Shown one piece after another: positions 27,484 to 36,451 of a DNA stretch of 43,056 bases. Every line of letters starts with the position of its first letter. Position 1 is the stretch's first letter. Source of the DNA: Flavobacteriales bacterium (GTDB lineage Bacteria > Bacteroidota > Bacteroidia > Flavobacteriales > Flavobacteriaceae). The position numbers and the translations under genes are program-made. The DNA is taken from the NCBI GenBank assembly GCA_038212575.1, contig JBBQUI010000001.1, positions 1 through 43,056 on the forward strand. The letters are read 5' to 3'. The notes under the pieces are model-generated. The model was not told the origin of the DNA, ran no database searches, and saw nothing but the letters and a program-made list of their open reading frames with translations.

Positions 27484-27600
27484 TCCTTCGCTGAAAAAGC
27501 TTCGGAGGACGAGTGTTTCAGGTTGCAGGTTTCAGGTTTCAAGTTGCAGGTTGCAGGTTGAAAAAACAAATTCACAAACTCACAGATTCACAAATTCACT
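27484..27600. repeat. REP-like palindrome followed by a 7-mer (GGTTTCA/GGTTGCA) array and an 8-mer (AAATTCAC) array
   Basis: tccttcgctgaaaaagcttcggagga; ggttgca ggtttca ggtttca agttgca ggttgca; aaattcac aaactcac agattcac aaattcac. Confidence 0.8.
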
Positions 27601-27603
27601 TTT

Positions 27604-28581
27604 TTACTTTTTTCGGTCAATAACGTAATTCACCATCAGCACCAGCGATTCTTTGAAAGGCGAGGCGGGATAGGTTTGCAATAAGCGAAGAGCCTCTTCT
27701 TGGTATTCCTTCATTTTCGCAACGGCATAATCCAGGCCGCCGTTATCTTTCACAAAAGTGATAACTTCTTTAACCCGCTGTTTGTCTTTATTATGATTTT
27801 TAACCGAATTGATGAGCCATTTTTTTTCTTCGGAAGTAGAATTATTTAATGCAAATATTAAAGGTAGCGTCATTTTTTGCTCCTTAATATCTATACCTGT
27901 AGGTTTGCCGATGTGCTCGTTGCCGTAATCAAAAAGGTCATCCTTTATTTGAAACGCAGTGCCGATAAGTTCCCCGAACTTTCTCATTTTTTCAACTTCT
28001 TCGTCGGGAGCCATTACTGAGCGGGCGCCCATTGCACAACAGGCTGCTATTAAAGTTGCGGTTTTTTGACGGATTATTTCGAAATAGATTTCTTCGGTAA
28101 TATCTAAGCTTCGGGCTTTTTCAATTTGAAGCAATTCACCTTCGCTCATCTCCCGGACGGCGACGGAAATTATTTTAAGTAGATCAAAATCATCGTTATC
28201 TATAGAAAGTAATAATCCTTTAGATAATAAATAATCGCCCACAAGCACAGCGATTTTATTTTTCCAAAGCGCATTTATGGAGAAGAAACCACGGCGGCGG
28301 TTGCTATCGTCCACCACATCGTCGTGTACCAAGGTTGCAGTGTGGATTAGCTCAATTACCGAAGCTCCGCGATAAGTGCGTTCGTTCACTTCACCATTGC
28401 CTGTCATTTTTGCAATTAGGAAAACGAACATAGGGCGCATTTGCTTTCCCTTTCGGTTTACTACGTAATGTGTAATTCTATTAAGGAGTGAAACTTTTGA
28501 AGACATGGAAGCTGAGAACTTTTTTTCAAAAAGCTCCATTTCCTTTTCAATGGGAAGTTTAATTTGAGAAACTATCTTCAT
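27604..28581 (-). CDS. Polyprenyl diphosphate synthase (IspB-like)
   Basis: GKQMRP, HDDVVDDSNRRRG (FARM), FQIKDDLFD (SARM); -7 box TATCTTTG at 28589-28596. Confidence 0.95.
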   Translation of the reverse strand: MKIVSQIKLPIEKEMELFEKKFSASMSSKVSLLNRITHYVVNRKGKQMRPMFVFLIAKMTGNGEVNERTYRGASVIELIHTATLVHDDVVDDSNRRRGFFSINALWKNKIAVLVGDYLLSKGLLLSIDNDDFDLLKIISVAVREMSEGELLQIEKARSLDITEEIYFEIIRQKTATLIAACCAMGARSVMAPDEEVEKMRKFGELIGTAFQIKDDLFDYGNEHIGKPTGIDIKEQKMTLPLIFALNNSTSEEKKWLINSVKNHNKDKQRVKEVITFVKDNGGLDYAVAKMKEYQEEALRLLQTYPASPFKESLVLMVNYVIDRKK

Positions 28582-28637
28582 AAAGGCTCAAAGATAGGGA
28601 AAATGGGTGATGGTATTATAAACAAGATTATCTGTAA

Positions 28638-28667
28638 TAAAAAAAGAGTGGCATAGACCACTCTTTT
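28638..28667 (-). terminator. Intrinsic terminator after the AP/TPR/sulfotransferase gene
   Basis: AAAAGAGTGG-cataga-CCACTCTTTT perfect 10-bp inverted repeat with A run. Confidence 0.8.
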
Positions 28668-28687
28668 AAATTATTATAGAAAGTGCC

Positions 28688-31228
28688 TTATTTTACTTCT
28701 GTCTTAAATTTGTTTCGGTAGAGGGATTTGTCTATACATTTTGCCATTTCATTAATATTCAAAGGAAGTCCAATGAGGTCTTCAATTTTTTTGATCATCT
28801 CCTTCGGCTTGTCCAAAACATCTTTATAATCAATATAGATGAGTTCTACTCCAGGTTCTTTTTCTTTCCATTTTTCAATTGTTTTCAATTGTTCTACAAA
28901 TGAATTATAAAGCTTTACCGGAAAGGTATCGGGATTTTTACCAATCATTACTTGCTGTGATTTGATCACTTCGTCCAAATCTCTGATCATAAAAATGATT
29001 TTATACCTATATTGAAAATCGAGGTGCCTCAAGAGCGGCGCAACGATTTTGACTGCTTTATCCTTAGATTTATGCATCCACGAATTATCTTTATGAAGGG
29101 TCATTACCGGTTCATATTCATAATATCCTTTTGGGTTGGATAAATCTGCCTCTCTTTTATTATCAATAAGCATATCCATCCCTCCTTTATCTAGCATCTG
29201 CATCATTAAGGAGGTTCCTGATCTTGGAAGGCCTGAAACTACCACAATTTGTTCTTCTCTGTATTTAAAAGTATTTTTATCAATAAAACCTTTAGGGGCA
29301 TTAAGTTTTTCTTCTATATTTTCAAGTGCTTTTTCAGCTCTGTGAAAAGTTTTTTGCTTTAAACTTGCCGCTGTTTTAAATGCGATTTTCGCATTTTCAA
29401 GGTCGCCCATTTTTTCTAATGCCTTGCCCAACATATAATGGGCGGCGGGGAAATATTTAACAAGTTCTATACTTATCAACGCATGTTCTGCGCTTTCTTG
29501 GTACTCGCCAAGCTCAAAAAGTGCCTCTGATATAGCTTTATGATATTTAGCTTTATCTTGTTCCATTTCTATGGCATTTTCAAAAGAAATTCTGGCTTTT
29601 TCGAAATCTTTAAGTATAAATTGTGCATTTCCTATTTTGTACCATACTTCTGCATTTTCTTTTCTGTTTTTTGCTTGCTCTAAAATTTGGAGTGCTTTTC
29701 GAACCATTCCCTTTCCCACTAAAATATCTGCCTCAATAAAATAGATATTATACTTTACCTCAGATTTTATGTTTTTGAATTCTTTGAGATATTTTGCCGC
29801 TTGATCAAAATCTTTCATTCCAATACAGACATTCATCATATCAATATAGTATGGGGCCACGTCAATTGGTTCCTTTTCTTGCATTAAATCCAGCAGAATA
29901 TCTTTTGCATTTTCAAAGTCCTTTTTCCCTATATGAACTCTTGCCAGATTGTGTTTCAATTCACATTTTGTTTTCAAAATTGCTACTTCAATTTTTTCAT
30001 CCGGTCTTTCAATATAACCAAGTTCTATGAGTTGCTCCATTGTTTCGTCATCAGAAAAAGAATTGCCATCTTCCTTCTCAAGTTCTCCGAAGTCCCCTTT
30101 TATATCTTCCCAGCTCTCTATAAATTTAGGCCGTTCCGGTTTTTGGAAGATATCCAATATTACTTTTCCATCCATATCTTTTCCTATCGGAAGTCCAAAA
30201 TGGTGCAAAATTGTAGGTGCAACATCAATTAATCCAAGCCCGAAAATTTTTTCATTTTTCTTTATATTTGGGCCACTTGCTACGAATATTCCAAACTGTC
30301 TGTGGTCCAGTGCCGGTGCGGCAGCCACTTTTGGCATTTTTAGGATACGTTTTGTGCCTGATTCAAACCCGTGATCAGACATAACAATTACCGTGGTATC
30401 ATCATCAATTAAATCGAGAACTCTACCCAACATCATATCCTGAAAGCGATATGCGCCAGTAACCACATCTTTATAAATGTCATATTTTTCCTTAGATATT
30501 TGGGGAAGTTTTGGGGGATGGTATTTCATGAATGAATGACAGAAATGGTCAATTAAATCAAAATAAATTGCCATAAAATCCCATTCGGTATTACGCAATA
30601 AATAGGTAGAAGCATTATGGAGGGAAACATTTTGGGTTAAAATACGAGAAAGGGGCACCAGTCCATTTCCTGCCTCTTTTTGATCAATTAAAGCAGCTTT
30701 GGGAATAAAAGGCAGTATGTGCTCCTTTGTGATTTCAAAAGGGAACATTCTTAAATCCCGCAATTCTTCAACCAATTTTTCGGGGTAGATGGTACCCTTA
30801 ACAATTGGGCTAGGCTTAGACGGATCTGGACTTACTTTCTGGAATTTATCCGAAACTACAACACCATTTATTGGCTCGGCGGGGAAACTGGGCCACCAAC
30901 CCACAACATTACTTTTCAATCCTTGATTATGCAAAATATTCCATATTGCTCGAGCTTTTCTTGAATTTGCGGTTACGGGCCTTAAGGCCTTTTTTGTTGG
31001 CACTACTTCCACAAAACCCAAAACTCCATGCTTGTCGGGTGTTTTCCCCGTGGCTACGGAACTCCAAAGCATAGGGCTGTATGGAGGGTTCATAGTGCTC
31101 ATATTACCATAAACTCCAGTGTTGACAAGTTTTTTCAATGACGGCATTAACCCTTTTGCAACGAGAGGACCAATTATCTTCCAATCCGCCGCATCCCAGC
31201 CAATCAACAATAATTTATTCTTTTTCAT
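28688..31228 (-). CDS. Fusion: alkaline-phosphatase superfamily (phosphodiesterase/nucleotide pyrophosphatase-like) + TPR + PAPS-dependent sulfotransferase
   Basis: aa about 1-410: IGWDAAD, PPYSPMLWSSVATGKTPDKHG, DLIDHFCH, SDHGF, LIELGYI; aa about 420-640: TPRs (AEVWYKIGNAQ, AAHYMLGKALEKMG); aa about 660-846: VVSGLPRSGTSLMMQML, IFMIRD; no signal peptide. Confidence 0.9.
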   Translation of the reverse strand: MKKNKLLLIGWDAADWKIIGPLVAKGLMPSLKKLVNTGVYGNMSTMNPPYSPMLWSSVATGKTPDKHGVLGFVEVVPTKKALRPVTANSRKARAIWNILHNQGLKSNVVGWWPSFPAEPINGVVVSDKFQKVSPDPSKPSPIVKGTIYPEKLVEELRDLRMFPFEITKEHILPFIPKAALIDQKEAGNGLVPLSRILTQNVSLHNASTYLLRNTEWDFMAIYFDLIDHFCHSFMKYHPPKLPQISKEKYDIYKDVVTGAYRFQDMMLGRVLDLIDDDTTVIVMSDHGFESGTKRILKMPKVAAAPALDHRQFGIFVASGPNIKKNEKIFGLGLIDVAPTILHHFGLPIGKDMDGKVILDIFQKPERPKFIESWEDIKGDFGELEKEDGNSFSDDETMEQLIELGYIERPDEKIEVAILKTKCELKHNLARVHIGKKDFENAKDILLDLMQEKEPIDVAPYYIDMMNVCIGMKDFDQAAKYLKEFKNIKSEVKYNIYFIEADILVGKGMVRKALQILEQAKNRKENAEVWYKIGNAQFILKDFEKARISFENAIEMEQDKAKYHKAISEALFELGEYQESAEHALISIELVKYFPAAHYMLGKALEKMGDLENAKIAFKTAASLKQKTFHRAEKALENIEEKLNAPKGFIDKNTFKYREEQIVVVSGLPRSGTSLMMQMLDKGGMDMLIDNKREADLSNPKGYYEYEPVMTLHKDNSWMHKSKDKAVKIVAPLLRHLDFQYRYKIIFMIRDLDEVIKSQQVMIGKNPDTFPVKLYNSFVEQLKTIEKWKEKEPGVELIYIDYKDVLDKPKEMIKKIEDLIGLPLNINEMAKCIDKSLYRNKFKTEVK

Positions 31229-31370
31229 TCTTTTTATCTCTTTCTTGCTTTTTCAATCTTCTCCATGCAGTAAAGGCAATATCCCCAAAGGCTAATAATC
31301 CCAAAGAACTCTCTAACGTTATTTGTGAGCTGTTCAAGATCGATTTCTCATTGTTTTTCTCTTTCTTCAT
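31215..31370 (-). CDS. Unannotated 51-aa peptide MKKEKNNEKSILNSSQITLESSLGLLAFGDIAFTAWRRLKKQERDKKNEKE, PEP-CTERM-tail-like
   Basis: Hand translation: ATG 31370 to TAA 31215, overlapping the downstream start by 14 nt; below the ORF-track size cutoff. Confidence 0.8.
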   Translation of the reverse strand: MKKEKNNEKSILNSSQITLESSLGLLAFGDIAFTAWRRLKKQERDKKNEKE

Positions 31371-31507
31371 ACCCAAAATTTTAATATTTCTTTAAACCTT
31401 TGTTTTTGATTTTTACATTTATGTTATTTATATTTACTCCATTAATAATAACCTAGAATTAATTATTTGTAAAAAAACAAAAAGTTAATCATTAAAACTT
31501 AGGAAAT

Positions 31508-32302
31508 ATGAAAAAAATTACTTCAAAAGATTTTTCAAAAAAAATGGCACAATATGGAGCTTTGTCATTAGCAATCGCTGGTGTTGCAGACGCATCTGGA
31601 CAAATAGTATATACGGATATTAATCCGGATTTTGTTGGTGGTGCCGGAGCAACTCTTGATATTGATTTTGATGGAGATGGCACAACAGATGTAACTATCT
31701 TACAATCCAATAACGGAAATTATGAACTAGTACAGGCTCTGCCTTACTCAACCAATGGTGTTCTAGCGGCCTCCAACACGGGTTATTTTTACGCTTCCAA
31801 CTTGGCCTACGGCGCAGCCATCAGTGCTGGAGCAGGCAGTTTCAGGAGTTTTGGCTCTCTGTGCGCAGGCGTTGGTTATCTGGGCAGCCAGTTTTGTGGT
31901 ACGGGTGAAGGATATATAGGTGTTGAATTTGATGTGAGTGGCAATACTCATTATGGTTGGGTTAGAGTAAATGTTATGGATAGTTCAAACTTTATAGTAA
32001 TGGATTATGCTTATGAATCTACACCTAATATGGCAATAGCAGCCGGCGATTCAACATTAGGCGTATCTGATAACAATTTCCAAGGTTTCAACTATTTTGT
32101 TGCAAATAGCCAATTAAACCTTTCTGCAAACACTCAAATGCAAAAAGTTGTTTTGCACAACATGGTGGGCCAACAAGTTATTTCCCAAGAACTCAACAGC
32201 AACAACGAAACTGTTGAGCTTTCTGGATTACAGTCTGGAATTTATATTGCTACCGTTTCTATTGACGGAGCACGCAAAACTGTAAAAATTGTAAAGAATT
32301 AA
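31508..32302 (+). CDS. T9SS type A CTD-containing secreted protein
   Basis: Signal peptide ending ASG|Q, DFDGDGTTD (Dx[DN]xDG Ca-binding type), HYGWVRV...DYAYE, CTD with HNMVGQQV..LSGLQSGIYIATV..KIVKN. Confidence 0.9.
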   Translation: MKKITSKDFSKKMAQYGALSLAIAGVADASGQIVYTDINPDFVGGAGATLDIDFDGDGTTDVTILQSNNGNYELVQALPYSTNGVLAASNTGYFYASNLAYGAAISAGAGSFRSFGSLCAGVGYLGSQFCGTGEGYIGVEFDVSGNTHYGWVRVNVMDSSNFIVMDYAYESTPNMAIAAGDSTLGVSDNNFQGFNYFVANSQLNLSANTQMQKVVLHNMVGQQVISQELNSNNETVELSGLQSGIYIATVSIDGARKTVKIVKN

Positions 32303-32323
32303 ATTAATTTTTAAATTGAATTT

Positions 32324-32353
32324 AAAAGAGCGGCTATATGCCGCTCTTTTTTT
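32324..32353. terminator. Bidirectional intrinsic terminator between the T9SS gene and rlmN
   Basis: AAAAGAGCGGC-tatat-GCCGCTCTTTT perfect 11-bp inverted repeat between convergent genes. Confidence 0.85.
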
Positions 32354-33392
32354 ATTGTTTGTTTGCCAACTGCCCGCAGGCAGCATCAATATCTTTTCCT
32401 CTGCTTCTACGAACTGTCACTGGAATTCGGGCGTGCTCCAACGCTTCAATATAATCCTGGATTACGGTTGAGGAAGCTTGCTGAAAATGACCATCGTCAA
32501 TCGGGTTGTATTCAATGATATTTACTTTGCACGGAACATATTTACAGAAAATAACGAGTGCTTCAATATCTATCCATTTGTCGTTGATGCCTTGCCAAAC
32601 TATATATTCATAAGTTATTTTTCGCTTCGTTTTGCTGTACCAATATTCCAAAGACTCGCGCAAATCTAGCAATGTGAAGTTTTTTGCAAAGGGCATAATC
32701 TGCTCGCGTGTTTCTTGAATGGCGGAATGCAACGAAACGGCAAGATGGAATTTCACTTCGTCATCTGCTAATTTTTTAATCATTTTTGGCACGCCAGATG
32801 TGGAAACCGTGATTCGTTTTGGAGACATTCCAAGGCCTTCATCAGAAGTAATCTTTTCAATAGATTCCAGTACATTTTTATAATTCATCAGCGGTTCGCC
32901 CATTCCCATAAAAACTATGTTTGAAAGCGGCTTATCGTGATAAAGGCGGCTTTCTTTATCTATTGCGACTACTTGGTCATAAATTTCATCGGGGTTTAGG
33001 TTTCGCATTCTTTTCAACCTGGAGGTGGCACAGAAAGTACAGTCCAGACTGCAACCCACTTGGGAGGAAACACAGGCAGTGGTCCTTTTCTTTGTTGGAA
33101 TCAAGACAGATTCAACAATGAACCCATCGTGAAGCTTAACAGCATTTTTTATAGTACCATCAGCGCTTTTTTGAAGATGATCAACCTTTATATGATTGAT
33201 AACGAAGTTTTCATTCAAATGTGCACGGGTTTCCTTTGACAAATTTGTCATTTCATCGAAACTGTGGCTGCCTTTGCTCCAAAGCCATTCGTAAACCTGC
33301 GTTCCTCGGAAGGCCTTATCACCAATGCTTTCGAAAAAACTTCGCAGTTCTTCTTTTGAAAGTGCCCTTATGTCTTTTTTTTCTGAAACCAT
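32352..33392 (-). CDS. rlmN: 23S rRNA m2A2503 / tRNA methyltransferase RlmN (radical SAM)
   Basis: CVSSQVGCSLDCTFC, FMGMGEPL, DIDAACGQL. Confidence 0.98.
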   Translation of the reverse strand: MVSEKKDIRALSKEELRSFFESIGDKAFRGTQVYEWLWSKGSHSFDEMTNLSKETRAHLNENFVINHIKVDHLQKSADGTIKNAVKLHDGFIVESVLIPTKKRTTACVSSQVGCSLDCTFCATSRLKRMRNLNPDEIYDQVVAIDKESRLYHDKPLSNIVFMGMGEPLMNYKNVLESIEKITSDEGLGMSPKRITVSTSGVPKMIKKLADDEVKFHLAVSLHSAIQETREQIMPFAKNFTLLDLRESLEYWYSKTKRKITYEYIVWQGINDKWIDIEALVIFCKYVPCKVNIIEYNPIDDGHFQQASSTVIQDYIEALEHARIPVTVRRSRGKDIDAACGQLANKQ

Positions 33393-33473
33393 TGTGCAAA
33401 ACTACTTTATTTTAAAGTAAAAAGCCTCTTTCCTTATAAGAATAGAGGCCATTCAGTTAAATAGAATTATGGT

Positions 33474-35132
33474 TTACTTTTTAATTATTACTTTTTTAGT
33501 GATGCTGTCTTTACTGTCCTCATCTAATAAATAAAGAAAATAAACACCCTCTGCAAGATTATCAACAGCAATAGTGTTCATAGAGTTGGCCAATGATCCA
33601 GAGTGGATACGTTGCCCAATAACATTTATCATCTGAAAGGACAAATGCGGATATCTGTTGTTCATAACAGTAATGGAAGTGCTTGCAGGATTTGGATAAA
33701 TCTTGAGGTCACCAAGAAGTTCAAACTCTGGCGTATTCAAAAGATTTTGGAGTGTTTCTGACGTGGTATGTCCAGAATTGGTAGGATCCAACCAATCCAT
33801 TAAACGGGATTCGGGGGTTGTTCCGAAGTCCCAAGAAACACCAAACCTACCATAAATATCATAATCGTTGTTGTTCTCTAAACCGTTGCAGGCAGATTGT
33901 CCTGCATATAACTGTCCAATAATTCTTCCATTTTGGTCAAATAGGGGAGAACCCGAAGAACCACTTTCAGTAGTTCCTATTTCCCAGCCATTTCCAGTGC
34001 CGTGAGTACCACCGCCAATTAGCCAAACTTGGGTGCCATTGGCATCTATTTTTTGTGCGCCGGAATCATCACGGCATATTTTCATAATATCTCCGTTCGG
34101 GTGATGTATTCCAACTTCATACAATGGATTGTTGTCTGAATTGTCCCAGCCAGCAAAAGCGACGTCCCAAGATTCAGGAATGGCGTCAAAAAGTTCCACT
34201 AATGCAAAATCACTTTTGCTATTTTTTGCTCTTAGTTCTGCCCCGCTAGTGGTGAAGTTTGTTTGCAGATCTCCGCTCTCATCGCCTGTTCCGCAAACCG
34301 GAACCGGGCTTACCCAGTTAAACCGAATAGACCAAAGACTGGGGTTACTGTTTTCCAGGCAATGGTTTGCGGTTAACAGATATGGAGTTTTGTCATTTGT
34401 AGTATTGTTCATCAAAGCTGCAGAGCACAAATACCCATTGCCTAAATTCAAGAGTGCGACTGTCTTTTTAACCAAATCCTTTTTTGAATCAAAATCATTT
34501 CCGATGGGGCAATTTACGTCATAATTGCATTCTCCGGAATCATTCAAACCACGGTTTCCATCAAATAGCGTATTCACCCTTCCCATTCTGTAACCGTGAA
34601 TAACACTATTAATCTGAAGTCTTGGTGAGCCTTGCGTTCCCGGAGGCTGATAATATTCTATCCAAATGATTTCCCCTTCAACAAACCAAGTACCTAAACG
34701 CCCATCCATTCTATTTTGAGAATTGGTATAGGTGTTTGTAATATCAGTATGGTCTTGATTGTAGAGTTGAAGGCGCGAACCATGTGGCAAATAGTAATCG
34801 TCAAAATTCACACTAAGGTTCAATGCTTCGGGTGATTTTATAACTGCTTGCCATATTTTTCCTCCGGTTGGCAAAACAGTCCAAAGGCCACCGTTTTGCA
34901 TATTTAAGACAACTGATCGCTCAATTCCGTAACGCCAAGGCATTGTTTTGTCTAAATCGTTAATGCTGTCCTGCTGAATTATCATTTCAAAATTTAAAGC
35001 AGGAAGTCGAACCACGTTGGGCAATTCTGATAAGTTTAGACCCCAGCTTTCAGGCAAATCGCCCTCACCGCCTTGTGGGAAGGCAGAAAAAAAAGCAAGA
35101 CAAAAAATGAAGAAAAGTATAGTTTTTTTCAT
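33474..35132 (-). CDS. Secreted trypsin-like serine protease (lysyl endopeptidase-like) with T9SS type A CTD
   Basis: Signal peptide, propeptide, LTANHC (His), SDFALVEL (Asp), GSSGSPL (Ser), YPNPA...GVYFL...KKVIIKK. Confidence 0.9.
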   Translation of the reverse strand: MKKTILFFIFCLAFFSAFPQGGEGDLPESWGLNLSELPNVVRLPALNFEMIIQQDSINDLDKTMPWRYGIERSVVLNMQNGGLWTVLPTGGKIWQAVIKSPEALNLSVNFDDYYLPHGSRLQLYNQDHTDITNTYTNSQNRMDGRLGTWFVEGEIIWIEYYQPPGTQGSPRLQINSVIHGYRMGRVNTLFDGNRGLNDSGECNYDVNCPIGNDFDSKKDLVKKTVALLNLGNGYLCSAALMNNTTNDKTPYLLTANHCLENSNPSLWSIRFNWVSPVPVCGTGDESGDLQTNFTTSGAELRAKNSKSDFALVELFDAIPESWDVAFAGWDNSDNNPLYEVGIHHPNGDIMKICRDDSGAQKIDANGTQVWLIGGGTHGTGNGWEIGTTESGSSGSPLFDQNGRIIGQLYAGQSACNGLENNNDYDIYGRFGVSWDFGTTPESRLMDWLDPTNSGHTTSETLQNLLNTPEFELLGDLKIYPNPASTSITVMNNRYPHLSFQMINVIGQRIHSGSLANSMNTIAVDNLAEGVYFLYLLDEDSKDSITKKVIIKK

Positions 35133-35212
35133 TCAAACAGCCGATTAGTTTTCAAACGGAAGACTAAGGTAAATTTTTATTTTGACATTTGGAAACCAAA
35201 AGCTTATAAAAT

Positions 35213-35241
35213 AAAAAATCCTGATCAGTATCAGGATTTTT
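35213..35241 (-). terminator. Intrinsic terminator after queA
   Basis: AAAAATCCTGAT-cagt-ATCAGGATTTTT perfect inverted repeat. Confidence 0.75.
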
Positions 35242-35260
35242 AGGGTTTATGCTATATCTA

Positions 35261-36310
35261 TTAGATGATCAACATTGCGTCTCCGTAAGTGTAAAATCTG
35301 TATTTTTCTTTAATCGCTTCAGCATATGCTTCCTTTATAAAATCATGGCCCGCAAAGGCGGAAACCATCATTAACAAGGTAGATTTTGGAGTGTGAAAAT
35401 TGGTAACCATCGCGTTTGCAATACTGAAATCATAAGGAGGGAAAATAAATTTATTTGTCCACCCTGTATATGGATTAAGTGAATGGTTTGAAGAAACCGA
35501 ACTTTCCAAAGCTCGCATCGCAGTTGTTCCCACGGCGCAAACACGTTTTTTCTTTTTAATACCTGTGTTTATAATATCTACGGCATCTTGGAGGATGCTC
35601 ATTTCTTCAGAATCCATTTTGTGTTTTGAAAGATCTTCAACCTCAACAGAGCTGAAAGTTCCCAACCCTACGTGAAGTGTAACTTCCGCAATATTTATAC
35701 CTTTAATTTCAAGGCGTTTCAAAAGATGTTTTGAGAAATGCAGACCTGCGGTTGGGGCAGCTACGGCTCCTTCATTCTTTGCGAAAATGGTTTGGTAGCG
35801 CTCGGCATCTTCTGGCTCTACTTCTCTTTTTATATATTTTGGAAGAGGTGTTTCACCCAATTCAGTCAATTTATTTCGAAATTCTTCATAAGAACCGTCA
35901 AAAAGAAAACGAAGCGTTCTTCCGCGAGATGTAGTGTTGTCTATAACTTCTGCCACAAGGGTTTCGTCATCGCCGAAATACAGCTTGTTACCTATCCTTA
36001 TTTTTCGTGCTGGATCAACCAAAACGTCCCAAAGACGGGTTTCAGAATTTAATTCTCTCAAAAGGAAAACCTCGATCCGCGCTCCCGTTTTTTCTTTATT
36101 CCCAAACAAACGTGCAGGAAAAACTTTGGTATTATTGGTTACCAAAACATCATCCTCTTCAAAATAATCAATAAGATCTTTGAACGTTTTGTGCTCAATA
36201 GTTTTGGTTTTTTTATTGAGGACCATTAGGCGGGACTCGTCGCGGTTTGGTGCTGGATATTCGGCCAATAATTCCTCTGGAAGGTTAAAGCTGAAATTTG
36301 AAAGTTTCAT
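35261..36310 (-). CDS. queA: S-adenosylmethionine:tRNA ribosyltransferase-isomerase
   Basis: [49 protein letters not shown]; start moved to ATG 36310 because a -7 box TATATTTG (36350-36357) overlaps the ORF-track start. Confidence 0.97.
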   Translation of the reverse strand: MKLSNFSFNLPEELLAEYPAPNRDESRLMVLNKKTKTIEHKTFKDLIDYFEEDDVLVTNNTKVFPARLFGNKEKTGARIEVFLLRELNSETRLWDVLVDPARKIRIGNKLYFGDDETLVAEVIDNTTSRGRTLRFLFDGSYEEFRNKLTELGETPLPKYIKREVEPEDAERYQTIFAKNEGAVAAPTAGLHFSKHLLKRLEIKGINIAEVTLHVGLGTFSSVEVEDLSKHKMDSEEMSILQDAVDIINTGIKKKKRVCAVGTTAMRALESSVSSNHSLNPYTGWTNKFIFPPYDFSIANAMVTNFHTPKSTLLMMVSAFAGHDFIKEAYAEAIKEKYRFYTYGDAMLII

Positions 36311-36451
36311 TCCCATAATTCGTGGTGTCTTTAGTATTTTAAAAGGGTGCAAATATACAACCTCAAAACAGGCGTTGTCAAGTAAATGACGGTTTATTAT
36401 TTGTAAATGTTTGGTGGTGGGCTCTGGCGACGGAAGATGTAAGAAGAATTG

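Noticed and set aside
31138-31395. 85-aa plus-strand ORF in the ORF track
   Set aside because: Antisense shadow; the minus-strand 51-aa ORF has an ATG, operon orientation and a meaningful motif
31760-31900. Apparently GC-richer patch within the T9SS cargo gene (possible mosaic)
   Set aside because: Largely explainable by Gly/Ala-rich coding; cannot be quantified without computation
33474-35132. T9SS protease as part of the sulfotransferase module
   Set aside because: Separated by rlmN and terminators; no sequence evidence of linkage beyond proximity
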